A DNA stretch of 55,969 nt, filler included, from Dugesia japonica (Eukaryota), in assembly GCA_001938525.1 (NCBI GenBank). It is 5 parts of 5 records of this genome, joined end to end, with 100 filler letters (N's around TTAATTAATTAA, not from the genome) between each part and the next. Parts side by side here need not be neighbours in the genome. Positions count along the whole stretch, not along the records: positions 1 to 12,117 come from MQRL01625756.1; positions 12,218 to 26,824 come from MQRL01628380.1; 3 more parts are not named here. One strand, written 5' to 3'. Below the pieces are notes generated by a model that was not told the DNA's origin, did no database searches, and saw nothing but the letters and a program-made list of their open reading frames with translations. A program made the translations under genes and the position numbers. This document shows, in pieces, positions 1 through 12,662 of this stretch (positions are counted from its first letter, which is position 1; each line of letters starts with the position of its first letter).

Positions 1-42
1 TAATTCTTATTTGTTTAACTGAAATAATATTGTGTAGATACT

Positions 43-700
43 ATGGTGCTATCAAATTATGAAAAAATATTATTGCTATTTAATTATGAGAGAATTCTTA
101 TGAATTTTAGCAAAGTGCAGCCAGAATATGAAACAGTGGAAAATTTATGCGACGCATTCCATGTCAATAAAGATTATGCCTACGATTTAAGAACAAAATT
201 TTTTGAAAGAGGTACACTGCATAGGAAGAGTAGGTCAGGAAGAAAGAATATCGAAGGATATGTTGATAGACGACAGTGAGTTGTCGAAGCTATTAGCAAA
301 CGCGAATCTTCTAGCATTGCGTCTCTTTTTGAAGAGACTGATATTCCCCATACTAGTGTTCAAAGAATTATCAAATAAGAAGGAATGGGACTTGTCCCCA
401 GAAGAACCTGCCCTCTTTTAAGTGATGATCAGAAATTGAAGAGGCTAAAAAGTATCGACAGAATCATTATAATTAATGGAATGCTCATGTTGATATAGCT
501 GAGAAGTGGTTCGAGCTGTATCCTTTCCATTGAGAACGATATCATAACAGTCCGCGAAGAAAGAATAATGTTGAACGCTTCAATGACTTCGGAGATAGAT
601 TTGTTCCCAGCATTACCATCATTAGCCATCATTAATGCAGTCTCCAGATTTAAATGCTAACGACCTCGGCTTTTTTAATTCGATCAAAAATCGATGTCTT
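43..700 (+). mobile_element. Degenerate Tc1/mariner-superfamily transposase fragment
   Basis: HTH-linker-like FFERGTLHRKSRSGRK in ORF 43-279. About 637-690 translates QSPDLNANDLGFFNSIK, the SPDLN-x2-D third catalytic motif. Frameshifted in between. Confidence 0.65.
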
Positions 701-1334
701 TTTGAATTACTTTAGTTATTATTACAAGAGATTTTTTGGTCAACTGAACCGGAAACTTTGACTTCTTTTGATAGCAAATCATGCATAGTGATTGAGAGTA
801 AAAGGCAGAAAGGATTAATTGTCATTGTACCACATTCGCAAAAATAAACTTTGTTAATTGTCTTAGTTTTATAAGTATGTTTAACAAATCGAATTTTTTG
901 GTGGTATGTAGTAAGTATATAATTAATATTCTAAAATATTTTATTAATGATTTAAAATTGAAATTTCAATTATAAATCAATGTTAGAAATGTATTTAAAT
1001 ATTATCAATACTATAAAATAATTATTATTTCCATCCCAAAATTTTAGGTGAAATAATATTTAAGTAGTTAAGGGTTATTTCAAATGAATGAGCAATCGAG
1101 ATTCACATATGAAAATCAAATATTTGATACCACAAATAATTACGAGCTATTTTATACAATGTTAACCTTTAAACTTTAAAATTTATAGACACTTAATTTA
1201 ATTTAATTTAATGATTTGTAATTTTTCATTTTACATTTATTTCTAACATTTTATATTAAAACCAAACTTTGAAAAAGTTATTAAAAAGAATTGACGTCGT
1301 CGCAAGACAAATAGCAAAGTAGTATCGGAGGATG

Positions 1335-1500
1335 CAAGAATAATTCAAGGAACTACGACTATGTTACTCCGATTGCCCTTAGAAATAATTCGTGCAGTGA
1401 TTGTATTTAGAGAAAGATATTCAACCATCAATTGTACGCTGTTGCATGAACCCTTCTTTANATTCAAATTTCTCAACAGCATGATAACAGTTTTACAGTT
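1335..1500 (-). mobile_element. Helitron RepHel PIF1-like helicase fragment (C-terminal part)
   Basis: VIMLLRNLNxKKGSCNSVQLMV...ITARII...IVVVP*I resembles the Helitron consensus IMLLRNLNxxxGLCNGTRL...VLIPRI. Confidence 0.8.
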
Positions 1501-3189
1501 GCAATTATTNCGAGAATAATTGCTGGAAGTAACCATTGATCGTTTTTGAGCTTTCATTAAAATAAAGCTTTGATCAAATATGTTTTTATTTTTTGATAAT
1601 AATTCTAATTTTTTATTTTGTTTTTGTCAGGAATTGACTTATTCAAAAAATTAAAATTATTATTAAAAACAAAAAACTAATTGGATAGAAGCTTTACTTT
1701 AATGAAAGTGTTATATCCTAGTGGGTATAGGCACCTAACAAGAAATTATCTGACTCCAAAGATAATTAATAAGCGTGCAGGTAAAAAGTTATTTTATTTA
1801 TTATAAATAATAATATAATAAATAAAGATAAATCAATAAAGAAAACACGTTTTGTTTTTAATAAACTTTTATTAACTATAAACNNNNNNNNNNNNNNNNN
1901 NNNNNNNNNNNNNAAGATATAAGATATATCTTGCGAATACTATGCGCGTCTCTTTCACTTTTTATGTCCGGCACTCTCGCCGTATCTTTGGGTAGTAATT
2001 GGTCTTCCAGGTATTTTAGGCTATAAACGCCATAATTCTTAAGCAACCTTTTTTCTAAACAAGGTGCATTAGCTAAATCTTGAATCCCTAATATTCGATT
2101 TGCTGGGAATTCTTCCGCGTTTATTAAATCTTTAAAATTCATTTTCACTAGGATGCGACTGTCCAAAAATTTCTTTATTTTCTCTTTTAACTCTTTGCCN
2201 NNNNNNNNNNNNNNNNNNNNNNNNNNNNNNNNNNNNNNNNNNNNNNNNNNNNNNNNNNNNNNNNNNNNNNNNNNNNGTGACAATTGAGTTAATTATCAAT
2301 TCACCTCAAAATTAAGCACGGTGGCTGACACTACTGCCTTGAGTGTGACATAGTGGAACGCCACGAAACTTGTTAAACGATCTTCTTACTGTGGATTGAG
2401 AGATAATCGCACAAACGATTTCTGTGTTTTGATGTCATTAAAATTGACATTATAATTCCGTGTGAGTTTGTTTACAGCTGACTTGATGATTGGTCTTTTG
2501 AAATATAAAACCTCCACAGTTATGATTGCTGTACCTTTGATGCATTTGAAACCTATTTTCCTTTCACAGCCATCTCCATTGCTGATTTTCAGGATAAAAT
2601 GTTTTTCTAAGAATATAGGGGTTACCATACCAGATAATGCAACCGTGATTGATTTATTAANNNNNNNNNNNNNNNNNNNNNNNNNNNNNNNNNNATTTTT
2701 CATATCACTAAATATATCTTTGATATTTGCCATTTCTCGGAACCATTGTCGTTTTCGGAGCATTATGAAACTTAAATTTCTTCGGGATTTCTGTTGTTTC
2801 ATAATATTTGACTTCTGTAAAGAAGTTATCTTCGATTTGACGGTACACAACTTTGTCCTTGTGGGCGATATGGGCTTAAGGATCTGATCTAGATGACTTG
2901 GCTTGATTGTATTGAATGAATAGGTTGTCTGTCATATCTAAAATAAAAACAATTAACTGTGTATCACTTGACGTGATAGGCCAATACTGACAAGTCCCAT
3001 ACTGCATACATCTATTACTTAGATATCCTATGCATTTTAGCATCATTATAAATACAAATATGATAAATATAAATATAATACTTTTCTACTTAATTTTAGT
3101 TCGGGGGTTTAGATTATAGTTTGGATTTCGTTATAGTTCAGATTTCTATAACGAATTTAATGTTGTACCAATAACCTTAAAAATTATTA

Positions 3190-3352
3190 AATTTGTACCA
3201 GGCTCACTTGGAAGTCGGCAAATGATTTCGCGATTCATTTCAAGAGCTTGTGCATTGGGTGCGGCGGTGATTACTCGGTCCGACAAGTGCTCATCGCTAA
3301 GATTTCCATGATTTGCGCCAAAAATAGTGTTGATTAAGTTATCATTCGCTAT
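3190..3352 (-). mobile_element. Helitron PIF1-like helicase fragment (upstream part)
   Basis: Manual translation DNLINTIFG...LSDRVITAAPNAQALEMNREIICRLPSEPGT resembles LIxxIFG...RAILxPxNxxVxxINxxILxRLPGE. Confidence 0.7.
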
Positions 3353-3354
3353 CT

Positions 3355-3510
3355 GATATCAGTACTTTTATGAGCTAAATCATGTTTTTAAGCTGCTTGA
3401 TCTACTGGATTAATTGGATCTTCTCCTGGCTTCGGAATGTTATTTTCATCTTCCAATCTGTTATATAATCTAGTTCCTGGTCCAGTGTAACTATGTTTCC
3501 ATAACGATAT
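3355..3510 (-). pseudogene. Parvovirus-type phospholipase A2 (PLA2X) relic, Polinton/adintovirus-like
   Basis: Manual translation WKHSYTGPGTRLYNRLEDENNIPKPGEDPINPVDQAA*KHDLAHK: Ca-binding loop YxGPG plus DxAAxxHD catalytic helix, with one in-frame stop. Confidence 0.85.
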
Positions 3511-4310
3511 TTTTAGAATCAGTAGATTTCTTAACCACTTGAAATATCACATCGCCAAGTATCATCTTTTTCCTTTATTATTACTTTAGGTTTAGTGTTT
3601 ATTGATTGATTTCCAGATAATCTATTTAAAAAACAAAGTGGAATTGATTTGTTTATCCCAATTTTGTACAAATCTAATGGAGGAGAATGTTGGAGTCGAT
3701 TAATACTGTGAGGTTATTCTGAAGAAATAAGTGATTCGCTTGGGGACAGTCATTGTCATTTTTGTCGGGATTGCTTAACAATGCCCACTTTTCGTTCACT
3801 GCAACAATTCTTTAAAAAAACCGTTTGTTCGCATTTAACAAACTTGCAGCTGTTTGATCGCATCAAGTTCTGTCAGCTCATAAAGATCTATTCTAGGAAC
3901 TCTGTATTGTTTACCAATTGTGCACAGATGGCTGATTTCGAATAGACGTGTAGATAGAGAGCACCTTCTTCTAATAGAGACGTTCTACCGGGACCTGGCT
4001 TATGTTGGAGGATTGTGTCGCTGTTTTGGAACTTGACGAATCACAGTCTTGCTGTGCTTTCTTTAATCTCCTCGAGCTTTCAACTTCTGTGATAAAACGG
4101 GTAGCTTTGGTTGCAGACATCTGTTCGTTAGCAATAATGTAATAAAATTACCAAAATTTCAAATTTTACTGTCATATTCGGCGCAACAAATTTCAAATTA
4201 AAACCAATATGTGGGTAAAAATAAAATTTATTTGTTTATTCAGAAAAAATATGCGCATTATTAAACAATAATTTACAATGGTTCAAGATGAACCCGATTA
4301 CCTTTAATTG

Positions 4311-4501
4311 AAATCAATAAAAACGTCCTATTTTTTAATAAACCAATGAAAACGTTCTATTTCTTATATAAACCAATAAAACGTCTTATTTTTTTAATAA
4401 ACCAATAAAAACGTCCGATTTCTTAAATAAACCAATGAAAACGTTCTATTTCTTATATAAACCAATAAAAACGGTTTAATTTTTGAATAAACCAATGAAA
4501 A
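4311..4501 (+). repeat. About 30-bp tandem repeat, ~6.5 copies, each with AACCAAT
   Basis: CCAAT at 4343, 4373, 4402, 4432, 4462 and 4492, plus a TCAAT variant at 4314. Unit resembles aaaccaatgaaaacgttctatttcttatat. Runs into Ns. Confidence 0.95.
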
Positions 4502-4741
4502 NNNNNNNNNNNNNNNNNNNNNNNNNNNNNNNNNNNNNNNNNNNNNNNNNNNNNNNNNNNNNNNNNNNNNNNNNNCAAATTATTTTTCTCAAAAAATTAA
4601 TTCAATTAAAATTGAAAATTAGAACGACGTATCAGTAGTCGTAGACTACATCGGCCGTCAATTTAATAATTTTAGAAATTCATTTGTAACAATAAAAATT
4701 AATAAAATTAATTCAAAAATTTTACAAAGAAAAAAAAATAC

Positions 4742-5511
4742 TTTAAAAGAAGTAATAAAAGCTCTCGGAATCCAATTACACGTCAGTGGTCCCAGCATTT
4801 TAGGTACCATTTGTAATTGTAGGTTCAAAGGTCCATCACTAGATTGAATTTTATGTTCTGATAAATTCTCACGAGGAATGTAAAAATCAGAGACTGCCGC
4901 AGCCAAATAGAGCATAACAATGTTTTCAAGCGGTCTTAATGTTATGCAAATATGTTTTAGCTTTGTTAAATACTCTTGAATTGTTATGAAATCGAGAAAC
5001 ATTAGTTTGTTTTCTGAAAAATACAAATTCCAATTTTATAGAAATAAAACGTAGTTCAAACTGTAATTTTGATAATCTTGAATAATTTGAGTAAAGTTAA
5101 TACTGAAACTTTCATTTAAATATATTCGCTTCGAATTTTCATCCATAGTTAACTCGTTTAGAAATTGCTCACTATCTATTTTTCTTCGAAAAGGCATTAT
5201 TGAACCTTTGCGATGAAAAAATATTACATAATATCCATGCCTTAGAAACCATTCAGCGGAAACAGAGCCTCTGGTTCCTGAACTAAAACATATACATACA
5301 ATAAACGTGAATGTCATATTATACTCCACCTGAAATTATCCAAATATCTCACAGTTCGTGATTCAAGAGCAACAGTTGTACCTCCAGAAGTTATAAGAAC
5401 TAATCTTTTATTATCCATAATATCAGAATTAAACTTTGATATAAAGGAATTCAACTGATTTACCATTCCATGAATTTTAAATTCATCGTCAAATGTTTCG
5501 AAAATACTATC
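4742..5511 (-). CDS. PPCS: Phosphopantothenate-cysteine ligase; exons ~5511-5330, 5282-5062, 5013-4742; 3' exon not found in window
   Basis: Spliced translation gives [38 protein letters not shown]...YLAAAVSDFYIP...HKIQS...VPKML...SFK. GT-AG introns 5329-5283 (47 nt) and 5061-5014 (48 nt) preserve frame; donor at 4741. Start uncertain (ATG at 5466 or an upstream exon). Confidence 0.95.
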
Positions 5512-6629
5512 CTTAATAAATATTAAACGATTATAATAATATAAAGTAATTATTTTAATATTTAAAATTAAACTGTAAATAAAAAATACGGTAAAAAATT
5601 TAAATGTAAATCAGAATTTTTAAATGTAAAATTAGCAATATAATATTTAAATATTTAAACAAATGTTAGTTATTTTTGAATGATTTATTTTCTCAAATTT
5701 CCAAATCTTGGCACTTTATTTACGAGTAAATTTCAATAAAACAATTAAGTTCGAATCTATAATTTACGATTAATTTATTATCGTGTAATTTATTAGTTGA
5801 TTTTGACTTTTTTCTAATAGCAAAAATAAAACAAGTGACAAAATTCTGTATCACAAAATAAAATATTAATACTCAAATAATATAAAACCATTTATTGACA
5901 GTTATTTTTGCGAAAGAATTACTTGGTGGTAAAATACATTGATATAAACATTTGTCATAAATGAAAAGAAAACTAATGAAAAGGAAAACCAAACAATTAG
6001 GAGAAAATGGGATAAAAATTAAAATCAGAAGAATCAAATGAAGGATATTTATGACAAATTCTTTCATTAGGAAATAATATGACCTAATGATTGATTGCAT
6101 TAAAGGAACAGTAAATTATGATGCAATAGTTAATTGATGAAGTAACAAAATATGAATTGGATGCAACAGTAATTTAGTCNTTGCAATAATTAAGCCTGTG
6201 CATTAGTTTCGCTTTTGTAATATTATGGGGAAATGAAATAAAAATCTGAAAAAAATAATGATATTAAGATAAAAGATAACAATAGATTGCTAAATAGTTG
6301 CAACTAAAATTTCAATCCTTAGAAATCAACAGATCATTAATCTAGTTAAAATTAGCAAACAGAGGGTGTTTTCCTTTCAAACTTACAGACAAATATTATC
6401 CAAAGGACGACTTTTAAAATACAGCCATGAAAAAGGCATATTATGTTTGTACGATTTAGAATCCATAAGTCAGAATGCCAATATTTATTAAAATTCAAAT
6501 ATCTTCTCGGAGCTTGATTTATCGAAATTAAGTATGTACCTGCTCCAATACATTGAGCNNNNNNNNNNNNNNNNNNNNNNNNNNNNNNNNNNNNNNNNNN
6601 NNNNNNNNNNNNNNNNNNNNTTTTCTTTC

Positions 6630-6890
6630 AGATTAAGAACATTAAGCTGGAAACAGTACTTAGATTAATAGTGAATGCTAATCTACTGGACAAATCTAAA
6701 TCTAATAAAATCCATCGTCTTTACAGTATGAATCTGAATTCAGTTGTTGTAAAATTTAAAGACAAAAGTAAAGTGAAAGATATAGAGAATAGATATTCCC
6801 GAAGTGTTATAGTTTTTTTGAGAGAAAAGCAAGAATGAAAGGAAAGGGAATTACTTTGAAAGATACTGACCTTACACACCAGTCGTATCT
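6630..6890 (+). mobile_element. Possible non-LTR retrotransposon ORF1 C-terminal fragment
   Basis: SVVVKFKDKSKV followed by KGKGITL..DLT resembles the LINE ORF1 LKGxxIxIxEDLT motif; frameshifted. Confidence 0.45.
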
Positions 6891-8309
6891 AGACCGCTAC
6901 AACAAAATGAAACGATTTCTGTAATTTAATTCAAGATATATTCTGAAAATCACCATTTGTATAGTTTCATGCGTCAAACAGTAGAGCTCATAAATAATGA
7001 TGAGAAAATAGTGTGGACGGATGTATGATATAAGCATTTAATATGGACACCACACAACACAATTGAGATGCCGGTTCTATATGATTCATGGGGTGAAGCC
7101 GGAACTGATCGAGACCCCTGGTGGGTAACTGAAGATAAAATAAGAATACAAGACACCGAAATCTAGGAACAAAAAGAGGAAATACTGGGGCTGCGAGCTC
7201 TTGTTAAACAGTTACAAGAGCAGCTCAATGACCAAAAGAAGGATCGACAACAACAGAACACCGCACTAGCAGATTTGTTGTCTCGTGCCTCGGATCATTT
7301 AAGACGAGCTCCAACCCTCACGGATCATCAGACGGTGCTGATGAACAATCTCCTCACCCATAATCAGGCCGGTAGAAGAATCTGGCAACAAAGAGAACAT
7401 GAAATGCCTGTGCTTACAGCCCATTTAGAGACGTTGGAGCTAGAGGAGGTAGTGGAATCGGAAGTGTGATAATGTGTATAATTTAATATATTTTGAAAAT
7501 GTCATTGTTAGCACTTACTGTGGATTCACATAAACAATAAATGATTTAAAATAACAGAATTAATTAAACGATAAACGATGCAAATAAAATGTTTAAAAAA
7601 GAAGAAGTTGTCCACATTGAAAGAAAGATTGAATGTGAGTAAAAGAAGGGAACTCACGCTCATAGCTAATAATCGGATGAAGTCGGAGATTATTAAGGAT
7701 TACGCCGATCGAGAATTCGCAGTGCTAGGAAATGTCCGAATTCTATGGAGAGAGTATCATATTCAGAGCGTCAACGACCAAGGAGAAACAATCACAGATG
7801 AAACCATATTCGGTTCACCATGAACAGCGATTGAATAAATACTAATTGAGTTCAGAGTTGTTTTCTTTCACTTCGATTTAGAACGAAAATAAGAGCCAGT
7901 TTCAATCAGAACTTTCTATTAAGTCAAGATACCGCGTAGTCTCACTGAACTCGGGAATGGGAAATCGTGATGTAGAAGAAGACATCACAAATTTCTGTGG
8001 TTACTAGGTATCATCCCCCAGACAATTTTTTCTTTTAAAAAACAATATAGCATAAAAAATTTAGATACGCAGGAGTGAATATAGTTAACATCAAAAGCTT
8101 AGTAACCCAACAGTTTTATTAGTTTTCAATTTTATATATGGTAAATAGTATTATTTAAAAGTATAAATTTGACTTAAATTAATGTTTTTCTGATCATTGT
8201 TGAAAAGTTATTTATTTGAATTTTTATTTAGGTTTAAATAGCTAACATCATGATTGATCTTCTTTAAATTTTTATTTCTTTTATCCACATTGTCATCTTC
8301 TTCTGAAAT

Positions 8310-9312
8310 TCATTTCACACAATTATTGTTGTGATATATCTGACCATTTCTAAAACTATGACCTGTTTTACCAAAAATTAGGCAATATGATATAAGAGGG
8401 CAGTTATTACGTATGTGGTCCATCAGACCACAGCCAAAACATGAATCATTTTTTAATCGATCTTCTTTTGGTGGAGGGAGTCCTTTTGATATATTATACA
8501 ATTTCGTTGCAATAAACTTAATGAAAACTGTTGGCATATTTCTAAATTAACGTTCTCGGCTGTTTTTAGAAATCATCAATTCTTTAGCAATTGGAATTAC
8601 TTTTTCAATTTCATTATTCCTAGGTTTATGATGGCTAGAACCTTTAAAAACAATTTTCTTAATTTTCTGACTGTAACTTGCAGCTACCACTTCCGAGTAA
8701 GTCAACTTATTTATCTGTGACCTACCAAAACTTTCAACGAACTTTCTCATTTCATGCGGCTTAATTTCTGGTTTAAGAGCAAATGATTTTTTTTAGCTCT
8801 TCGGAACTCTTTTCTTGATTATTAGCTGAGCTATTTCCTCCACAGTCAATTCTTTTTAAATTTTTTTTTTGACTAATCTTCAAACTCTTAATTCAAAGTT
8901 TTCGAAATGTTCATTTTCTTTTTGTTGAATTCCACTACATTCTTCAATACTTCGAAGAAATGACTTTTCTTTTATAAATTTTCCTTAAAACCATTCACTA
9001 GCTATTTATCGTTGACATTCTGCTGACTTTTAAAAGCTTGTTACATGTATTTTGCATCACCGTCTAATAAAAAATCAGAGATTGATAATAAATCGAAGCT
9101 GATTGATTCTGTAAAGATTGAAGTTTCATTTAATCATTTTGTTGTATCTTTGTAATAGTTCCCAGAGAATTTCGTAATTTTAGGGATTAGTAATTCCCTA
9201 GACTCTCTCAGGCAAAGCTTCATGGATTGTTTTTGGTTTGGTTTCCTGGTTTCCAGTAATTGGGTTCAGCTGGGCTGTATCACCAGTTAAATCAAAAGTC
9301 TTAATTTCCATT
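8310..9312 (-). mobile_element. Degenerate gag-like gene with zinc knuckles (LTR retrotransposon relic)
   Basis: CFGCGLMDHIRNNC (CX2CX4HX4C), a decayed second knuckle CLIFGKTGHSFRNG, and upstream IPKITKFSG; many stops. Confidence 0.7.
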
Positions 9313-10489
9313 ACAAATTTATTCAATAAGTTCAAAATATAACTAAATCTTAAAACACAATATTTAAACAAATATTTCGTTTTTTAAATATTTAAACAAA
9401 TATTTCGTTTTATAAATATTTAACTACAAATTTATTGGTATAGAATATTACTAGTCAATAGCAAACATTCCATATACCAACAATAAATGAGGATAACGTA
9501 TCCCGAAGAGGAGGGGATGTACATTTAGTGGTTCACCGGCCATCATTCATAGATTGAGAATAGGATCACTCAATGAAATTTTTGCGGTTATCTATGAACC
9601 GCTTAGTAATAGTAGATAACGAAAAGTTGAATAATAGCAAGAATAGTTTATCATGATCTCCCTAAGAACTCTAACTGGACTAAAATTAAAAATAAATAAA
9701 TTGAAATTTGTATTTTAATTTTTAATAAATTTATTAATTATTATATTTAATATTATAATAATTATATTTATAATATAATATAATATTAAATAATATTATA
9801 TAATATAATATTATATTTAATTTATTATATTATAGATATATTATACTTAGAATTTTTTAATTTTGATTTTTGATTTTTTTTTTATTTTTTTTAAAATTTT
9901 CAAAAATGCCCATTTTGTTTTGTACTTTTATGAAAATTTTTTAAAATTTTTTTTATTTTGTTTTGTGTTTTTTATACATATAATTTATGTTAAAAATATT
10001 ATTTTTTATAAATTTCTTTATTAAAATTCATTCAAAAATGAACCAATTTTTACACAATATTATAAAATTAATTTTTTTCTGAACTAAAAATTTTTTTAAA
10101 AAAATTATTTTCAAATTAGTATTAGGACAACTAATTAATATATTTAATTAATNNNNNNNNNNNNNNNNNNNNNNNNNNNNNNNNNNNNNNNNNNNNNNNN
10201 NNNNNNNNNNNNNNNNNNNNNNNNNNNNNNNNNNNNNNNNNNNNNNNNNNNNNNNNNNNNNNNNNNNNNNNNNNNNNNNNNNNNNNNNNNNNNNNNNNNN
10301 NNNNNNNNNNNNNNNNNNNNNNNNNNNNNNNNNNNNNNNNNNNNNNNNNNNNNNNNNNNCGAAAATTTGAACTTTTTTACAAATAAATTTTGTTTTGATC
10401 GAAGCCTTATCTTATTTTAATGAAATATATTATTTTAAATAATATTTAGTGAAAATGAAAACATGTTTAATTATTTAATAATTATTTAT

Positions 10490-10720
10490 ATGGAAGTATT
10501 TAAATAAAGAAAAATATAGCAATCTTTGTAAGCTTGCAATAGAAATGTATGCAAACAAATTTTTAAATTGTGAACAATAGTAAAAATGCTACTAAATTGT
10601 TTAAAAGCTTTACTTACTGATGAACATTTAAAGGTGATTTTAAAAATATCTACTTCAGATTTTGACTTTGAAATGAATAAAACTACTAGAAAATTGAAGA
10701 AATTTCATTATTCTCATTAA
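10490..10720 (+). mobile_element. hAT (Buster/SPIN-like) transposase C-terminal dimerisation fragment
   Basis: YSNLCKLAIEMYA...LTDEHLKVILKISTSDFDFEM...FHYSH* matches the typical C-terminus. Confidence 0.75.
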
Positions 10721-12117
10721 ATTAAGATTTAATTATTCTTTTAAAATTATAACTAAATTATAATTATAGCTATAAAATTAATTATAGCTATAAAATTAAT
10801 TAATTCGTTAATTTAAAATTATTTCATTTTAGAGGTTTTTTTTACAAGTATTTAATGATATCAAATATAAGGAAAAATTAAGCAGGTTTATTTCTAGACA
10901 AAAAAAGCGAGTAAATATATTTCAGATATAAAATCATTGCTAGAAATATTAATGGTTTTAGTTTTAAAAGCTGTTTATTTTAATCTAAATGAATTGAATT
11001 TTGCGTTGTAACCAGATCCCCTTAACCATAGAGCTAATAGGACTGAAGCCCAGTGGCTTCATTGATCAGAGGGCGCCAAAAAACCAAGGCAATAAAATTT
11101 TGATTGCTTTTTTTCAACTAAAAAAAATTTACGTAAGGAATAGTCAAGAAATTCTCTAGGAGAAATACTTACTTTTTATTTCTCCAACTAGAACAACCAT
11201 TGAACATCGAAGAATACATTTAGATACTAAATAAACAGGTTAATTATTTATACATTTCAATTTATCTATTACCAAAGTTTTCTGTAAATAAGAACTNGTA
11301 CTATTTACGAAAAAAGGGCTTTTTAAAAAGAATTTCTATGAATAAGGCCTATAGAAAAGATATTTAATATGATTATGCTCACAAAATATACAAAGAAATA
11401 AATATAGGTAAACAGCCTACATTCAATATTCGTCATGTTCAAACATATCCGATTCCAATAACAATGTTTTTATAGTTATAATAAAACTATGTATGGGTGG
11501 AAAATTTTATTTTACGGCTCTAGATGCCACCCACGGAAAATTTTTTTAGTAATCCGACCCAAATTAATTTTATCCTCACCTAATTTTATCAATTCTTTTT
11601 TCGATGATAAACACAAAAATTCTTCTAATAAACTAATATCAAAATTCAATTAATTTAATAATTTGAGTAAATCTTATACAATTTATAAATGGTTAATAAA
11701 TCTAAAATTTCCAAAAATATAAAATTATTTATTTAAAATTTCAATTTTATTGCAAACATCATAATTAACACTAATTCATTATCAGTGATTAATATCAATT
11801 AGAATAATTAATTAAAATTTGCATCCGTGTTTGTAATAATTATTCGTAATTATTAATAATTAATTATTAATAATATATACGCAACTTAAGTTATTAGTTT
11901 CAGAAAATTTATATCTCAAATATTTTCATGACTTCCATGTATATCTTTTCTTAAAAAAGATTAAAATAATTCTCATTAATAAACATTGAAAAAATTCCAG
12001 TTCAAAGGAATTTGAATAAATCGCTAAAGATTGACAATAAATATAAATACCCAAAAAGAAAGAATAAAAAATTACACATTATATATTATGCTATTATTTA
12101 AATTATTAATAATTATT

Positions 12118-12217
12118 NNNNNNNNNNNNNNNNNNNNNNNNNNNNNNNNNNNNNNNNNNNNTTAATTAATTAANNNNNNNNNNNNNNNNNNNNNNNNNNN
12201 NNNNNNNNNNNNNNNNN
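12118..12217. other. Artificial contig spacer
   Basis: 44 N + TTAATTAATTAA (stops in all six frames) + 44 N. Confidence 0.97.
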
Positions 12218-12288
12218 TGTTATTTACATAAAGAGGCGTGAACGGTGATTGCGTCACTTCCGATCCGGTGTACACCTATCCCCCTACT

Positions 12289-12662
12289 GAACAGACACAT
12301 GGTTCAAACAATAACAACGGGGAGCCTCTTTATTGTTCAGAAGATCAGGAAATTCGCAATAATTCATTCCCTGAAACTGAAATAATATATCCTAAAGATG
12401 TTGGTCAGTGGCCTGATAATATAACTGAAAAGTTGGGGTAATCATTTTTTACACAAAAACCAAAAGATGTAAATATTGAAATGAGCAAAAGCATAGATAG
12501 CATTGAAGTCAAATATCGAGATAGAAGATACAATCAAAATTTTCTCAGAAAAATTCATACTTACAAAAATCAAACGGAACCCGAGAAAAACGTGAATAAT
12601 TAAGTTATAATGAAAAAACTGGCAAAATTTATTGCTACATTTGTAAGTTGTTTTCTACTAAG
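12289..12662 (+). mobile_element. Partial duplicate of the hAT transposase region 18409-18783
   Basis: Near-identical sequence (YPKDVGQWPDNITEKLG*...YCYICKLFS). Confidence 0.9.

Noticed and set aside
4311-4501. CRISPR-like regularly spaced repeats
   Set aside because: The spacers are variants of one another, the context is eukaryotic and there are no cas genes; it is a minisatellite
9505-9525. Purine tract followed by TGT as PPT/LTR start
   Set aside because: Opposite orientation to the adjacent gag relic and no second LTR copy visible
12162-12173. Recurrent TTAATTAATTAA palindrome as a biological site
   Set aside because: Always flanked by exactly 44 Ns on each side; assembly linker
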